Numbered from the stretch's first letter, positions 8,125 through 18,190 are shown. The stretch is DNA of 64,000 bases from an uncultured Acidimicrobiia bacterium (GCA_964370965.1 CAYJLW010000001.1:98084-162083); one strand, 5' to 3'. Notes: generated from the sequence alone by a model not told the origin. Numbers and translations are program-made.

Positions 8125-8787
8125 CTACACCTCGGCCTGGTCGGCCTCGGACACGTCAGCGAAGAGGCCCCCGAAGAGGACCGTACGGGCGGCGGCGGCC
8201 ACGGCGTCGGGGTCGGCGTCCTCGGCCACGGCCTCGGCGGCGGCATCGACGACGCCGTTCACGAGTGCCGCCACCACATCCGCGCCCGCACTGCCGAGGC
8301 GCACGGCCCCCGCCTCGTTCCCCTCGGCGAGTATCTCGGCGAGGAGCTCCTCAGAGGTGCCCCTGAGGTCCTCGAAGTCGTCTTCCCACTCCTCGTCCAG
8401 GGCGGCGCCTTCCGCGAGGAGAGCCTCGAGGCGGGCGTCATGGCCAGCCTCGGCCCGTTCCACCCGGATGTCCACGTAGGCGGCGAGCTTCGACCGGGCG
8501 CCCCGGACCCCGGCGAGCTGGCGGGTGACGACGGCCATCTCGGCGAGCACCTCGCGTTCCAGGGCGGCGAGGAAGGCGGCCTCCTCGGAGTCGTAGGCGA
8601 GGTCGTCGCGCTCGATACCGAGAGTGAGGGCCACGGCATCGAGGTCGAGGGCCTCGATGCCGGCGGTGGCGACGAACTCGGCCACCAGCTCGAGCACGGG
8701 GTCGGGCGGCCCTTCGGCGATGTCGTCTTCGGACCCGCCGGGTCCGCCCGGGAGGGGGCTGGGGTCGTGGATGCGCCTGTAGCCCAT
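8125..8787 (-). CDS. Highly acidic TetR/AcrR-fold-like protein with degenerate HTH
   Basis: Helical pattern resembles TetR (EFVATAGIEALDLDAVALTLGI); about 50 D/E versus 14 K/R; TAGAGT 6 nt before ATG 8787. Confidence 0.55.
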   Translation of the reverse strand: MGYRRIHDPSPLPGGPGGSEDDIAEGPPDPVLELVAEFVATAGIEALDLDAVALTLGIERDDLAYDSEEAAFLAALEREVLAEMAVVTRQLAGVRGARSKLAAYVDIRVERAEAGHDARLEALLAEGAALDEEWEDDFEDLRGTSEELLAEILAEGNEAGAVRLGSAGADVVAALVNGVVDAAAEAVAEDADPDAVAAAARTVLFGGLFADVSEADQAEV

Positions 8788-8950
8788 GGGCACACTCTAG
8801 AGACCCGCGGGTTCCCGGTGGGGCTGGCCCGATGCGTGGGTTCCAGGGACGTCTTCCGCGTGCGTGATCGCAGCGCCCGCGGCCTCTTCCTGCCTGGCGA
8901 CCCGCGGCGCCGACTCCTGAGATCCGGTCCCGGCTCGTGGAGGCCGGATC

Positions 8951-10213
8951 TCAAGGCTCGCCCCGCCCCCCGCCCGCGGGGCCGGGATCGGCGGCGATCT
9001 CGCCGATGACGTCCGCACCGGCGGTCTCCGGTAGGCCGCGCACGAGTGTGCCGGCCACCAGGAGGCCGCCGGCCCCGAAGAGGAACTGCGTGGCCGGGGC
9101 GACAGTGGCGGCGAGGGCGCCCACGACGAGGAGGCCCAGGGAGCCCGCGAGCACCTGGCAGGCGAGCACGAAGGACGTGCACGTCGCCCTCACCTCCGTG
9201 CTGAAGAGCTCCGCCAGGTAGGCCTGCGTGACGGCCGAGGTCGCAGCGAGGGACGCCACGATCAGCCAGTAGCCGGGGGCGAACGTGGCCCGGGAGCGGG
9301 TGAAGACGAGCACGGTGCCCCCGGCCATCATCGCGAAGGCCACGAGCAGGATCCGTCGCCGCCCAAGGCGGTCGCTGAGACGGCCTCCGATCAGGAAGCC
9401 CAGGAACCCCCACGGTCCCGCCCCGATCACGATCGCCGTGAACAGTCCCTTCCAGTGGTACGTGTCCTGGGCGAGTTGGGCGGCGTAGAGCGTGGCGGGC
9501 GTGACGAGGCAGCCGAAGGCGCCCGCCAGGACGGCGGCCCGCCAGAGCCGCGAGCGGTGCAGCCTGTCGACGTGGGGCCAGAAGCCGGCCTGCACCCGGT
9601 TCGATTCGCGGGCCACCTCGAACGCGCGGGTCTCGCCCAGGTTTCGTCTCAGGTAGGCCACGACTCCGAGGGGGAGGAGGGCGAAGAGGTAGAGGATCCG
9701 CCATCCCAGCGACGTGTCGTCGACGACGAGGAGGAGGAGGGCCACGGGTGCCCCCCCGATGCCGGAGATCATCCCCAGCATCGAGAGGCCCGCGCCGCGG
9801 CGGTCGGGGCGGATCTCCTCGGCGACGACGAGGGCGGCGAGGGACGACTCCACGGTGAGGAACACGCGGCAGACGGACTGCACGACGACGAAGGCGGCGA
9901 GTGACCAGGCCGCGGCGGTCAGGCCGGTGCTGAGCGTGAAAACCGCGATCGAGATCACGAGGAGGCGCTGGCGACCCCACTGGTCTGCGAGGCGCAGGAA
10001 CGGCACACTGGCCAGGGAAGCGATCCGGATCACGGCCACACCGATGCCGAACACGGCCACCGAGACGCCGAGGCCCTTGGCCACGACGGGGCCGGCGACG
10101 CCGATGATCGTGGCGTCGTACTGCTCGAAGAACCCGGCGAGGAGGAGCGGGGCGAGGACTCGCCTCTCGTGGGAGTCGAAGTCGAACATGCCTCGCACGT
10201 GGTGGAACGGCAC
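8951..10213 (-). CDS. MFS transporter
   Basis: About 12 TM helices; motif A twice (LADQWGRQR, LSDRLGRRR); AEE..PDRRG and ELFSTEVRAT. Confidence 0.9.
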   Translation of the reverse strand: MPFHHVRGMFDFDSHERRVLAPLLLAGFFEQYDATIIGVAGPVVAKGLGVSVAVFGIGVAVIRIASLASVPFLRLADQWGRQRLLVISIAVFTLSTGLTAAAWSLAAFVVVQSVCRVFLTVESSLAALVVAEEIRPDRRGAGLSMLGMISGIGGAPVALLLLVVDDTSLGWRILYLFALLPLGVVAYLRRNLGETRAFEVARESNRVQAGFWPHVDRLHRSRLWRAAVLAGAFGCLVTPATLYAAQLAQDTYHWKGLFTAIVIGAGPWGFLGFLIGGRLSDRLGRRRILLVAFAMMAGGTVLVFTRSRATFAPGYWLIVASLAATSAVTQAYLAELFSTEVRATCTSFVLACQVLAGSLGLLVVGALAATVAPATQFLFGAGGLLVAGTLVRGLPETAGADVIGEIAADPGPAGGGRGEP

Positions 10214-10240
10214 CGGGGAGTTCTACTAGTTCTGGGCGGC

Positions 10241-10570
10241 ATGACCGAGCCCGCCGCCCTCTATGACGTCGCCGCCGGAGCCTGCGTGCTGCGCCTACAC
10301 GTGCAGCCCGGCTCCGGTCGGGACGCCGTCGCCGGTGTGCACGGCGACGCGCTCAAGGTGCGGGTACGGGCCCGACCGCACGGCGGGGAGGCCAACGCCG
10401 CCGTCCTCGCCTTCCTCGCCGGGGCGCTCGAGGTGCCCAAGACGTCCCTGGTGCTGCTCTCCGGGGAGCGTTCCCGGGCCAAGCGCGTGCGGGTGCCCCT
10501 CGCCGCCGGCGTCCTCGACGCCCGTCTCAGAGCGCTCCTGGACGCCACCCCGCGCCGGCGGCACCGCTGA
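10241..10570 (+). CDS. DUF167/YggU (UPF0235) family protein
   Basis: LHVQPGSGR, LKVRVRARPHGGEANAAV, LLSGERSRAKRV. Confidence 0.85.
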   Translation: MTEPAALYDVAAGACVLRLHVQPGSGRDAVAGVHGDALKVRVRARPHGGEANAAVLAFLAGALEVPKTSLVLLSGERSRAKRVRVPLAAGVLDARLRALLDATPRRRHR

Positions 10571-10576
10571 GCTCGC

Positions 10577-11923
10577 CTACGGCCCCGTGGCCACCCCGGG
10601 TCCGTCGGCGAGGGTGAGGCGCCGGCCCGTGCGCCGCCGGTACGCGTACTCGGCCACGAAGCTGAGCGCGAGCACGGCGAAGAGGACGATCCAGGTGGCG
10701 GCGGGCGCGGAGCGCACCACGTAGATCATGAGGATCACGAACATCCCCCCGCAGGCGACGGTCGAGGCCACGATCACGAGGGGACGGGCTCCTGTCTCCC
10801 GGTGCAGCCGCAGGTGCGCCGCGTTCACTGCGGTGTACACGATGAGGAAGGCGGCGCTGCCCATCATCGCTATGGGCCCGAGCGGGAAGAAGAGCACGAA
10901 GGCGATCACCAGGCCCGCTGTGATGAACAGTCCCTCCCCGTTGTGGGACCACACCCGGCGGCTGAAGTCGGCCGGGAGTTGGCCGTCCTTGGCTATCTGG
11001 TAGCTCACGTTCGCGGCGCCGAAGAGCGTGGCGTTCACGGCCGACGAGGTGGAGAGGAGGGCGGCGACAGCCACGAGTGTGAATCCGAGCCGGCCGAGGA
11101 ACGGCTTCGCCGCCTCCGCCAGGGCGTAGTCCTTGGACCTCACCATGTCGGGGATGCTCACGTTGCCGATGACCACGACCGAGACGGACACGTAGACGGC
11201 GATCACCAGGAACACCGCCACATAGAGGGAGCGGGGGAGCTCTCGCCGCGGGTCGACCATGTGGCCGGCGGCGTTCGTGACGAGGCCGAACCCCTCGTAT
11301 CCGATGAACAGCACGCCCGCGCCGAAGACGACGTCGATGCCGTTGGGCCACCCGGACACGGCCATCCGGCCCGCCTCGACGGTGAAGGCGCCGGCGGTGA
11401 CGAACCCCACGAGTATGAGCACCTTCACGGCCACGATGGCGGTCTCCGCCCTGCCCATGGCGCCGACACTCACGAAGTTCAGGGCCGTGAAGAGCATGAC
11501 CACGCCGACGGCGACGAGCTTCGGCGTGAATCCGGGAAGCCCCTTGGGGAGGAACGTCATCGCGTATCCGGCGAAACCGCTTGCGTAGAGGGCGATGGAG
11601 ATGACGTAGGCCATGTACTGGAAGATGTTCAACGCTCCGCTGAGGACACCGTCGCCGAGGCCTTTGACGAGGAACTGCACGGCCCCGCCGACGCTCGGGT
11701 ACCGCACGCCGAGCTTCACGTAGGAGTAGGCGGACAGCAGGGCGACGACACCGCCGACGGCGAAGGAGACGGGCAGGGCAGACCCGCTCACCTCGGCCAC
11801 GACGCCCAGGATCGCGAAGATCCCGGCGCCGATCATTCCCCCGACCCCGATGCTCACCGCCGCCCAGAACCCGATCTCGCCCCTTGGGGCCGGGGCCGGG
11901 GACGGCCGGCTGCTGGATTCCAT
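10577..11923 (-). CDS. APC-family amino acid permease
   Basis: GVGGMIGAGIF unwound-helix motif, YEGF, about 12 TMs; alternative start at 11944. Confidence 0.88.
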   Translation of the reverse strand: MESSSRPSPAPAPRGEIGFWAAVSIGVGGMIGAGIFAILGVVAEVSGSALPVSFAVGGVVALLSAYSYVKLGVRYPSVGGAVQFLVKGLGDGVLSGALNIFQYMAYVISIALYASGFAGYAMTFLPKGLPGFTPKLVAVGVVMLFTALNFVSVGAMGRAETAIVAVKVLILVGFVTAGAFTVEAGRMAVSGWPNGIDVVFGAGVLFIGYEGFGLVTNAAGHMVDPRRELPRSLYVAVFLVIAVYVSVSVVVIGNVSIPDMVRSKDYALAEAAKPFLGRLGFTLVAVAALLSTSSAVNATLFGAANVSYQIAKDGQLPADFSRRVWSHNGEGLFITAGLVIAFVLFFPLGPIAMMGSAAFLIVYTAVNAAHLRLHRETGARPLVIVASTVACGGMFVILMIYVVRSAPAATWIVLFAVLALSFVAEYAYRRRTGRRLTLADGPGVATGP

Positions 11924-12033
11924 GGGCCTCCTTCGGGCGGCCATTAGACACGCTGGAGGGCCTCGCCGTCGACGACCCGGCCGGGTGCGGAACCGGCTGG
12001 GAGGAACGGCGGGTCACGCGCGAACCTGTGGCC

Positions 12034-13440
12034 ATGGACTTCCGTGACGTACCCGCCGGCACGCCGGTCGCCGTAGGCGACCACCTCGTGCCCATGCCCG
12101 CTCTGGCCCAGGGTGACAGGGTGCTCGCCGTCCCGAGGCGGGGAGAACTCCTGGTCGTCCCTGCGGCGGCCCACGCCGAGGCGGCCGCGGCCGTCGCCGA
12201 GGCGCAGGCCGCATTCGCAGCCATGGCCACGGTCTCACACGACGCCGTCTCGGCCTTCTTCGACGGTTTCGCGGATCGCCTCGCGGACGGCGCCGTCTGG
12301 GACGAGGTTGCGGCCGCGAACGCCGCCGACGTCGCCCGGGCCAAGGAGGCGGGGCGTTCCACGACCCGTCTCGTCGCCACCGAGAAGATGCGTGCCGGGA
12401 TGGTCGCCGGCCTCCGGGGCTGGGCGACCTCGCCCACGCTGGTCGGTGAGGTCATCGAGAGACGGGAGGCCCAGGACTACGTCATCGAACGCCGCCGGGC
12501 GCCTCTCGGCGTCGTAGCCTTCGTGTTCGAGGGCCGGCCGAACGTCTTCGCCGACGGTGCCGGCGTCCTGCGGAACCTGAACACCGCCGTGATGCGCATC
12601 GGCCAGGACGCCCTCGGCACCGCCGAGGCCGTCGACGACCTCGCTCTGCGCCCCGCCCTCGCCGCCGCCGGGCTGCCCCAGGCCGCCGTCCGGCTCGTGC
12701 GCAGCCGCGACCGGGCCGCCGGCCAGGCGCTGTTCGCCATGCACGAGGTGCGTCTCGCCGTCGCCCGCGGATCCGGGCCCACGGTGGCGTTGCTGGGCAG
12801 CATCGCCGAGCAGGCCGGGATCACGGCTTCGCTGCACGGCACCGGGGGCGCCTGGGTGTACGTGGAGGCCTCGGCATCCGCGGAGGCTGTGGCGAACGCC
12901 GTCCGCCACAGCCTCGACCGCAAGGTGTGCAACACGCTCAACGTGCTCGTCCTGCAGCGTTCCGCGGTGGCGACCCTCGGTTCGGTCGTGGCCGCCGTGC
13001 TCGCCGAAGCCGCCGCCGCCGTACATGCTGCTCCGGGCGCCGAGGGGATCGTGGCGGGCGCTGCGCCCCTCGCGCTCGAGGACCTCTCCCGGGAGTGGGA
13101 GTGGGAGGACGTCCCGGAGTGCTCCCTCGCCGTGGCCGGCGACCTCGGCGAGGCGGTCGCCCTCGTCAACACCTACAGTCCGCACTTCGTGGCCTCGATC
13201 GTCTCGGGTCGCCCCGGGGCCTTCGACGAGTTCTACGCCGCGGTGGACGCTCCGTACGTGGGCAACGGCTTCACCCGCTGGGTGGACGGCCAGTGGGCAT
13301 GGGAACGGCCCGAGCTCGGCCTCACGAACTGGGAACGGGGCCGCCTCCTGGGCCGCTCCGGGATCCTCTCCGGCGACGACGTCTGCAGCGTCCGGGACGT
13401 CTTCCTCGACCTCACCGGTCGCGCGCCCCAGGCACGTTAG
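12034..13440 (+). CDS. Divergent gamma-glutamyl-phosphate reductase (ProA)-like aldehyde dehydrogenase
   Basis: PLGVVAFVFEGRPNV, catalytic KVCN, FTRWVDG correspond to ProA IYESRPNV, CN, STRFTDG; extra N-terminal segment. Confidence 0.7.
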   Translation: MDFRDVPAGTPVAVGDHLVPMPALAQGDRVLAVPRRGELLVVPAAAHAEAAAAVAEAQAAFAAMATVSHDAVSAFFDGFADRLADGAVWDEVAAANAADVARAKEAGRSTTRLVATEKMRAGMVAGLRGWATSPTLVGEVIERREAQDYVIERRRAPLGVVAFVFEGRPNVFADGAGVLRNLNTAVMRIGQDALGTAEAVDDLALRPALAAAGLPQAAVRLVRSRDRAAGQALFAMHEVRLAVARGSGPTVALLGSIAEQAGITASLHGTGGAWVYVEASASAEAVANAVRHSLDRKVCNTLNVLVLQRSAVATLGSVVAAVLAEAAAAVHAAPGAEGIVAGAAPLALEDLSREWEWEDVPECSLAVAGDLGEAVALVNTYSPHFVASIVSGRPGAFDEFYAAVDAPYVGNGFTRWVDGQWAWERPELGLTNWERGRLLGRSGILSGDDVCSVRDVFLDLTGRAPQAR

Positions 13441-13479
13441 GATCGCGGGCTTGGCCCCGCCCTGGAGAGAAGCTGGTCC

Positions 13480-15246
13480 GTGAGCGCTGACGGCTGGATC
13501 ACCCTGGTGGTGCTCGTCGCCGCCGTCGCGCTCATGGCGAGCGAGCGGGTGCAGCCCGCCGTGGCCATGGTGGGGGCCGTGATCGTCCTCGTCACCCTGG
13601 ACGTCCTGAAGCTCGAGGACGCCTTCCTGGGCTTCGCCAACGACGCCCTGGTGACGATCGCGGCGCTCTACGTCATCGCCCACGCCGCAGAGACCACCGG
13701 GCTCACGACGGTGCTCTCGCCCCTTTTCGGCCGGCCCCGGGGGGAGCGGGCGAACCTCGTGCGCATCCTGGGTATCACGGCGACGGCGTCGGCGTTCGTC
13801 CCGAACACGCCGTTGGTGCAGGCGATGGCGCCGCAGGTCGCGGACTGGACGCGCCGCAACCGCCTGTCCGCGTCCCGCTACCTCATGCCCATGAGCTACG
13901 CCGCCCTCCTCGGCGGGATGGTCACGCTCATAGGCACTTCGACCAACCTCACGGTCGCCGGACTCATGCAGAAGGCGAAGATGGCGCCCATGGGCCTGTT
14001 CGAGATCACGAAGGTGGGCCTGCCCGTCGCCGTCGTGGGCGTCGTGGTCCTCGTGCTCGTCCTTCCCGTGGTCCTGCCCAAACGCAAGGGCACCCTCGAA
14101 CAGCTCGGCGAGGGCCGCGAGTTCACCGTCGAGATGGTCGTCCCGCCCGGGAGCCCCCTGGCGGGCCAGACCGTCGAGGAGGCCGGCCTGCGCCACCTCG
14201 AAGGCGTCTTCCTGTTCGAGATCGAACGCGGAAGGCGCGTGATCGCGCCCGCCCGCCCCGACGAGGCCCTCGAGGAGGACGACCGCCTCATCTTCGCCGG
14301 CAACGTCGCCCAGATCCTCGACCTGCAGCGCATCCGCGGTCTCGTCTCCGCGGAGCAGCGCCACTTCGACCTCGGCCGGGGCGGCCTGGAGCAGCGCTTC
14401 TACGAAGCGGTCGTGGGGGCGAACTCCGGCCTCGCGGGGACGACGCTGAAACGGGCCGGGTTCCGCTCCCAATACGGCGCCGCCGTGCTGGCCATCCACC
14501 GGGCCGGTCAGCGCCTCCCCGCCAAGCTGGGCGAGGTCGTCCTGCGCCCCGGCGACGTCCTCATCGTCCTCGGCGAGGAGGACTTCGCGTCCCGTTGGGG
14601 TGATCGGGGCGACTTCCTGGTCATCGCCCCCGTGGGGGGGACGAACCCGATCCGCACGTCCCGGGCGCCCGTCGTCGGGACCATCGTCCTGGCCATGGTC
14701 GTCCTGGCGACGACGGGCGCCATGCCCCTCGCGAAGGGAGCTCTGCTCGCAGCCCTCCTCGTCGTCGTCTTGCGGATCCTGTCTCCCCGTGAGGCCCGTT
14801 TCGCCCTCGATCTCGACGTGCTCGTACTCATCGGGGCCAGCGTCGGCCTCAGCACGGCCATCCAGCAGAGCGGTCTCGCCGCCGAGCTCGCCCGCCTCCT
14901 CACCGATGCCTCCGCGGGCCTCGGACCGACCGCGGCGCTCGCCGGGGTGCTCGTCGCCACGACGATCCTCACCGGCCTGATCTCGAACAACGCGGCCGCC
15001 GCCCTCATGTTCCCGATCGGGGTCGCCCTCGCCCGGGGCTTCGGCGCGGACGCCCGCCCGTTCGTGTTCGCCATCGCTCTGGCCGCCTCGATCGACTTCA
15101 TGACACCCGTCGGGTACCAGACGAACGCTCTGATCTACAGCATGGGCGGGTACCGCTTCCTCGACTTCACCCGGGTGGGTGCGCCTGTCACGGTCGTCTC
15201 CCTGGCGCTGGCCACCGTCCTGATCCCCGTCGCCTGGCCGTTCTGA
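13480..15246 (+). CDS. SLC13/DASS-family transporter with two TrkA-C domains
   Basis: SAFVPNTP, TLIGTSTN, SNNAAA, TPVGYQTN motifs; central RCK_C repeats. Confidence 0.9.
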   Translation: MSADGWITLVVLVAAVALMASERVQPAVAMVGAVIVLVTLDVLKLEDAFLGFANDALVTIAALYVIAHAAETTGLTTVLSPLFGRPRGERANLVRILGITATASAFVPNTPLVQAMAPQVADWTRRNRLSASRYLMPMSYAALLGGMVTLIGTSTNLTVAGLMQKAKMAPMGLFEITKVGLPVAVVGVVVLVLVLPVVLPKRKGTLEQLGEGREFTVEMVVPPGSPLAGQTVEEAGLRHLEGVFLFEIERGRRVIAPARPDEALEEDDRLIFAGNVAQILDLQRIRGLVSAEQRHFDLGRGGLEQRFYEAVVGANSGLAGTTLKRAGFRSQYGAAVLAIHRAGQRLPAKLGEVVLRPGDVLIVLGEEDFASRWGDRGDFLVIAPVGGTNPIRTSRAPVVGTIVLAMVVLATTGAMPLAKGALLAALLVVVLRILSPREARFALDLDVLVLIGASVGLSTAIQQSGLAAELARLLTDASAGLGPTAALAGVLVATTILTGLISNNAAAALMFPIGVALARGFGADARPFVFAIALAASIDFMTPVGYQTNALIYSMGGYRFLDFTRVGAPVTVVSLALATVLIPVAWPF

Positions 15247-15260
15247 GCACCCCGGCGCGG

Positions 15261-16064
15261 TCAACCGAGGAGGTGACCGAGGACGAGGTCCCGGAGACGC
15301 CGCGCGTCGACGGACACGGCGAGCCGGCAGTTCGGCTCCCCGGCAACCCGGGTGGCGGAACCGTCGTCGTCGAGCTCGAGGCGAACGGTCTCGTACTCGC
15401 AGAGGCCGTCCTCGACGACCGCGGCCACGGCCACCGGGTCGTGGAGGACCACGGCTTCGCGGCCGCTGTGGGCGAGCCAGATGCGGGCGAGGCGGGCGAG
15501 CGTCGCGGCGAGGTCGTCCCCCCGGCCAAGGTCGGCGAGGTCCTTGCCGGACAGTCGGCAGGTACGGGTGACCTCCACGGGGTGGACGAGGGGGACGGTG
15601 TGCTCGTCGAGGACGACCTCGGCTGCCGCCGGGTCGGCCGTCCAGTTGGTCTCGTCGGCGAGTCCCCCCGTCACGCTGAGGCGCACGGCCCGCAGGCCGG
15701 TGCGCGCCATCCACGCCAGGTTCGTGAGCGGTCCTGTGGCGACTGTCCAGTCGTCGGGGTCGGGTTCGGGCAGCCGGGGCGGGCCCGCCCCGGGCGGTGG
15801 GGCGTCGAGGATTCCCTCGCCTTCGTGACCGGCCATGGGCGCCTCGCGGCCGATGGTCATGGGGGCTCCGTGACCCGCCACCACAGGGGCGCCCGTGCCG
15901 GCGAGGTCGAGGATGCGCCGGGCTACGGCAGCCCGCACCGCCGTGTTTCCAGAGACCGTCGACACGCCGGTGAGAGCGATCCGGGCGTCGCGGGCGGCGA
16001 GGGCGAGGGCGAAGGCGTCGTCCACGTTCGTGCCGACGTCGGTGTCGAGCCAGATCGAGGTCAC
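15261..16064 (-). CDS. Inosine/uridine-preferring nucleoside hydrolase family
   Basis: DTDVGTNVDDAFAL, TGPLTNLA, NWTADP, LHDP. Confidence 0.88.
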   Translation of the reverse strand: MTSIWLDTDVGTNVDDAFALALAARDARIALTGVSTVSGNTAVRAAVARRILDLAGTGAPVVAGHGAPMTIGREAPMAGHEGEGILDAPPPGAGPPRLPEPDPDDWTVATGPLTNLAWMARTGLRAVRLSVTGGLADETNWTADPAAAEVVLDEHTVPLVHPVEVTRTCRLSGKDLADLGRGDDLAATLARLARIWLAHSGREAVVLHDPVAVAAVVEDGLCEYETVRLELDDDGSATRVAGEPNCRLAVSVDARRLRDLVLGHLLG

Positions 16065-16194
16065 TGCGTGCCCGAGGCTACGGCGGTGTGGCGCCCGCCG
16101 CCCCGAGCCCGGGGCCCGCGTTCAAGACTTCCGCGGTGTCCCGCCGATACATGGGCCGTACGACTCACCACGCACCACATCGAGCGACGTCAAC

Positions 16195-16902
16195 ATGGCC
16201 CTCCTTCGCACCCACAGTCGCAGTCCCCGGCGTGTCCGCGCCCGTGGTCGCGGTTTCACCGTCGCCGTCCTGATCGCGGCCCTCGCCGCCGCCCTGGCCG
16301 TCGAGGGCCTCGCACCGGCCCAAGCGTCGGCCGATCCCGCAGGTGACTGGCTCTCCCTCGTGAACCAGGCCCGGGCATCGGCCGGCGTGGGCCCGGTGAG
16401 CCTGGACCCCACGCTCATGGGCCAGTCCGGGATCCACTCCAACTTCATGGCGTCCACGGGCCGGTTCTGTCACTCCACGGACTGCGATCCGGCGGGCGGC
16501 CCCGTTCAGAACGGGACCTGGAGCTCCTGGGGCGAGAACGTGGGCTGGACCTCTGACTGCAACGTCGTCACGCTGCACAACGCGCTCATGAATTCCCCCG
16601 GGCACAGGGCGAACATCATGAACCCGTCCTTCACCCGCCTCGGTGTGGCGTGGGTACAGGGGCGTTCGCCGGATCCCAACTACGGCTCCGTCTGCTACGT
16701 CACGGAGCAGTTCACGGCCGCAGCGGCGGCCCCGGCCCCCCCGGCAGCGGGCGCCGGGAGAGGCGTGCAGTCCGCCACGAGGACGGTGTGCAGGGGCAAG
16801 GGGCGCAAGAGGCGCTGCCGAAGCGTCCGTGCGAAGGCCCGCAAGGGCAAGGCCCGCCAGGCCCGCAGGGCCCGCAGGCCCCGCAAGGCCCGCCGCCGCT
16901 GA
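16195..16902 (+). CDS. Secreted CAP/SCP-domain protein with Lys/Arg-rich C-terminal tail
   Basis: VNQARA, GENVG, LMNSPGHRANIMNP..LGV, TEQF; signal peptide; tail CRGKGRKRRCRS...RKARRR. Confidence 0.85.
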   Translation: MALLRTHSRSPRRVRARGRGFTVAVLIAALAAALAVEGLAPAQASADPAGDWLSLVNQARASAGVGPVSLDPTLMGQSGIHSNFMASTGRFCHSTDCDPAGGPVQNGTWSSWGENVGWTSDCNVVTLHNALMNSPGHRANIMNPSFTRLGVAWVQGRSPDPNYGSVCYVTEQFTAAAAAPAPPAAGAGRGVQSATRTVCRGKGRKRRCRSVRAKARKGKARQARRARRPRKARRR

Positions 16903-17070
16903 CCGCCGGCGGGGAACCCGACCTGGGACCGACCTCATCAGGGCGCGGGCAATCAGGAGGGCGGGCTGGGAGGTCCCCGCCAGCCCGCGGAGCGCTGCCA
17001 GAGTGGGGCCGGAGGGCCGGCTCCGCCGGCCCGGAACGGCGACCTGGCGGCAGGCGGTCCGGTTCTGACA

Positions 17071-17111
17071 GGGGGGTGTTCGAGGGGGGACGGAGTCCCC
17101 CTTCGAGGATC
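17071..17111. repeat. Dispersed palindromic intergenic repeat, copy 2
   Basis: GGGGGGTGTTCGAGGGGGGACGGAGTCCCCCTTCGAGGATC; same orientation as copy 1 and likewise abuts the stop of a minus-strand gene. Confidence 0.7.
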
Positions 17112-18190
17112 TAGAGGGGCCGCAGCAGGGCGCCGGCCATCGTGGCTCCGGTGCCGATCCCGCACATCGCCACGGACTTGTACCCGCGGATGCGCTCGAG
17201 GTGCTCGTAGAACGCCACCGGGCAGGACGCCGTGGAGAGGTTGCCGCGGTCGGCGAAGTTGTCGACGTAGTCCCAACCCTCCGGGAGGTTGGCGGCGAGT
17301 CCCCCGAGGACGGCCCCGGACCCCTGGTGGGGGACGATGATCCCCGGGAGCTCCACGTCGGCGTGCTTGGTGACGGCCCGGAACACGTCGAGCATCCCCG
17401 GCACCGCGCCCAGGACGGCCTGGGCGGCGTTGTGCGTGAGACGCGTGCTCGCGGGATCTTCGTGCGGGAAGCGGCCGGTGATCCGGGCGTCGAACTCGTC
17501 GTTGGCGGGGTGGACGTCGAAGGGCACCTTGTAGCCGTTGATCGGCATCACGATGACCTCGGCCTCCTCGTCGCCGATCTTCTGGTCCGTGAAGGCCGCG
17601 ACCTCCTGGACCTCGAAGAGGGGGAAGTCGCCGCCCTCGCGGGGCAATGAGGAGAGGATGAACGCGGCGCCGGCGTCGCCGAAGAGGAAAGCCTCCACGG
17701 GGTAGCGGATCATCCTGATCATCGACGTGATCGACTCGCTGGCGGTGACGAGCACCGTGGAGGCGAACCCGGAGCGGATGAAGTTCGTCGCCTGCGTGAT
17801 GCCCTGCATGAACGCCGCGCAACCCCCGTAGAGGTCGAACGTGGCCACGCGCTCGATGTCGAGGTGCTTCAGGAGCCGGGACCCCACCGACGGCATGATG
17901 TAGTCCAGGCCCGAGCAGGCGGTGATCACGCAGTCGATCTCGTCGGACTTCATGCCTGCGGAGTCGAGGGCGTCCTTCGCGGCGTTTCCCGCGAGGACGT
18001 CGTTCGTGTGGATCATCCGCATGTTCTTCATGTCGCACAGCGAGTAGCGACCGCGGATGCCGATCAGGTTGGCGTACTTGTCGACGGTCTTCTGCGAGAG
18101 CCCGAAGACCGCCCCGATGTCCTCGTTCGTGAGGTAGTTGGGCGGGAAGGCGATGCCGGCGCCGACCAAGTACACGGAGTTGTCGCTCAT
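17111..18190 (-). CDS. FabH/KAS III-like condensing enzyme
   Basis: Cys-His-Asn triad: GGCAAF, PHQ, RGNLSTAS; FGDAGAA; low apparent similarity to canonical FabH. Confidence 0.8.
   Translation of the reverse strand: MSDNSVYLVGAGIAFPPNYLTNEDIGAVFGLSQKTVDKYANLIGIRGRYSLCDMKNMRMIHTNDVLAGNAAKDALDSAGMKSDEIDCVITACSGLDYIMPSVGSRLLKHLDIERVATFDLYGGCAAFMQGITQATNFIRSGFASTVLVTASESITSMIRMIRYPVEAFLFGDAGAAFILSSLPREGGDFPLFEVQEVAAFTDQKIGDEEAEVIVMPINGYKVPFDVHPANDEFDARITGRFPHEDPASTRLTHNAAQAVLGAVPGMLDVFRAVTKHADVELPGIIVPHQGSGAVLGGLAANLPEGWDYVDNFADRGNLSTASCPVAFYEHLERIRGYKSVAMCGIGTGATMAGALLRPL

Noticed and set aside
12235-15714. 1159-aa minus-strand ORF (also 26040-28373, 32935-34992, 35420-36505, 36496-38706, 44140-45636, 55619-56359 and similar)
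   Set aside because: Antisense or off-frame shadows of well-supported genes; expected when stops are rare in high-GC3 DNA; no motifs.
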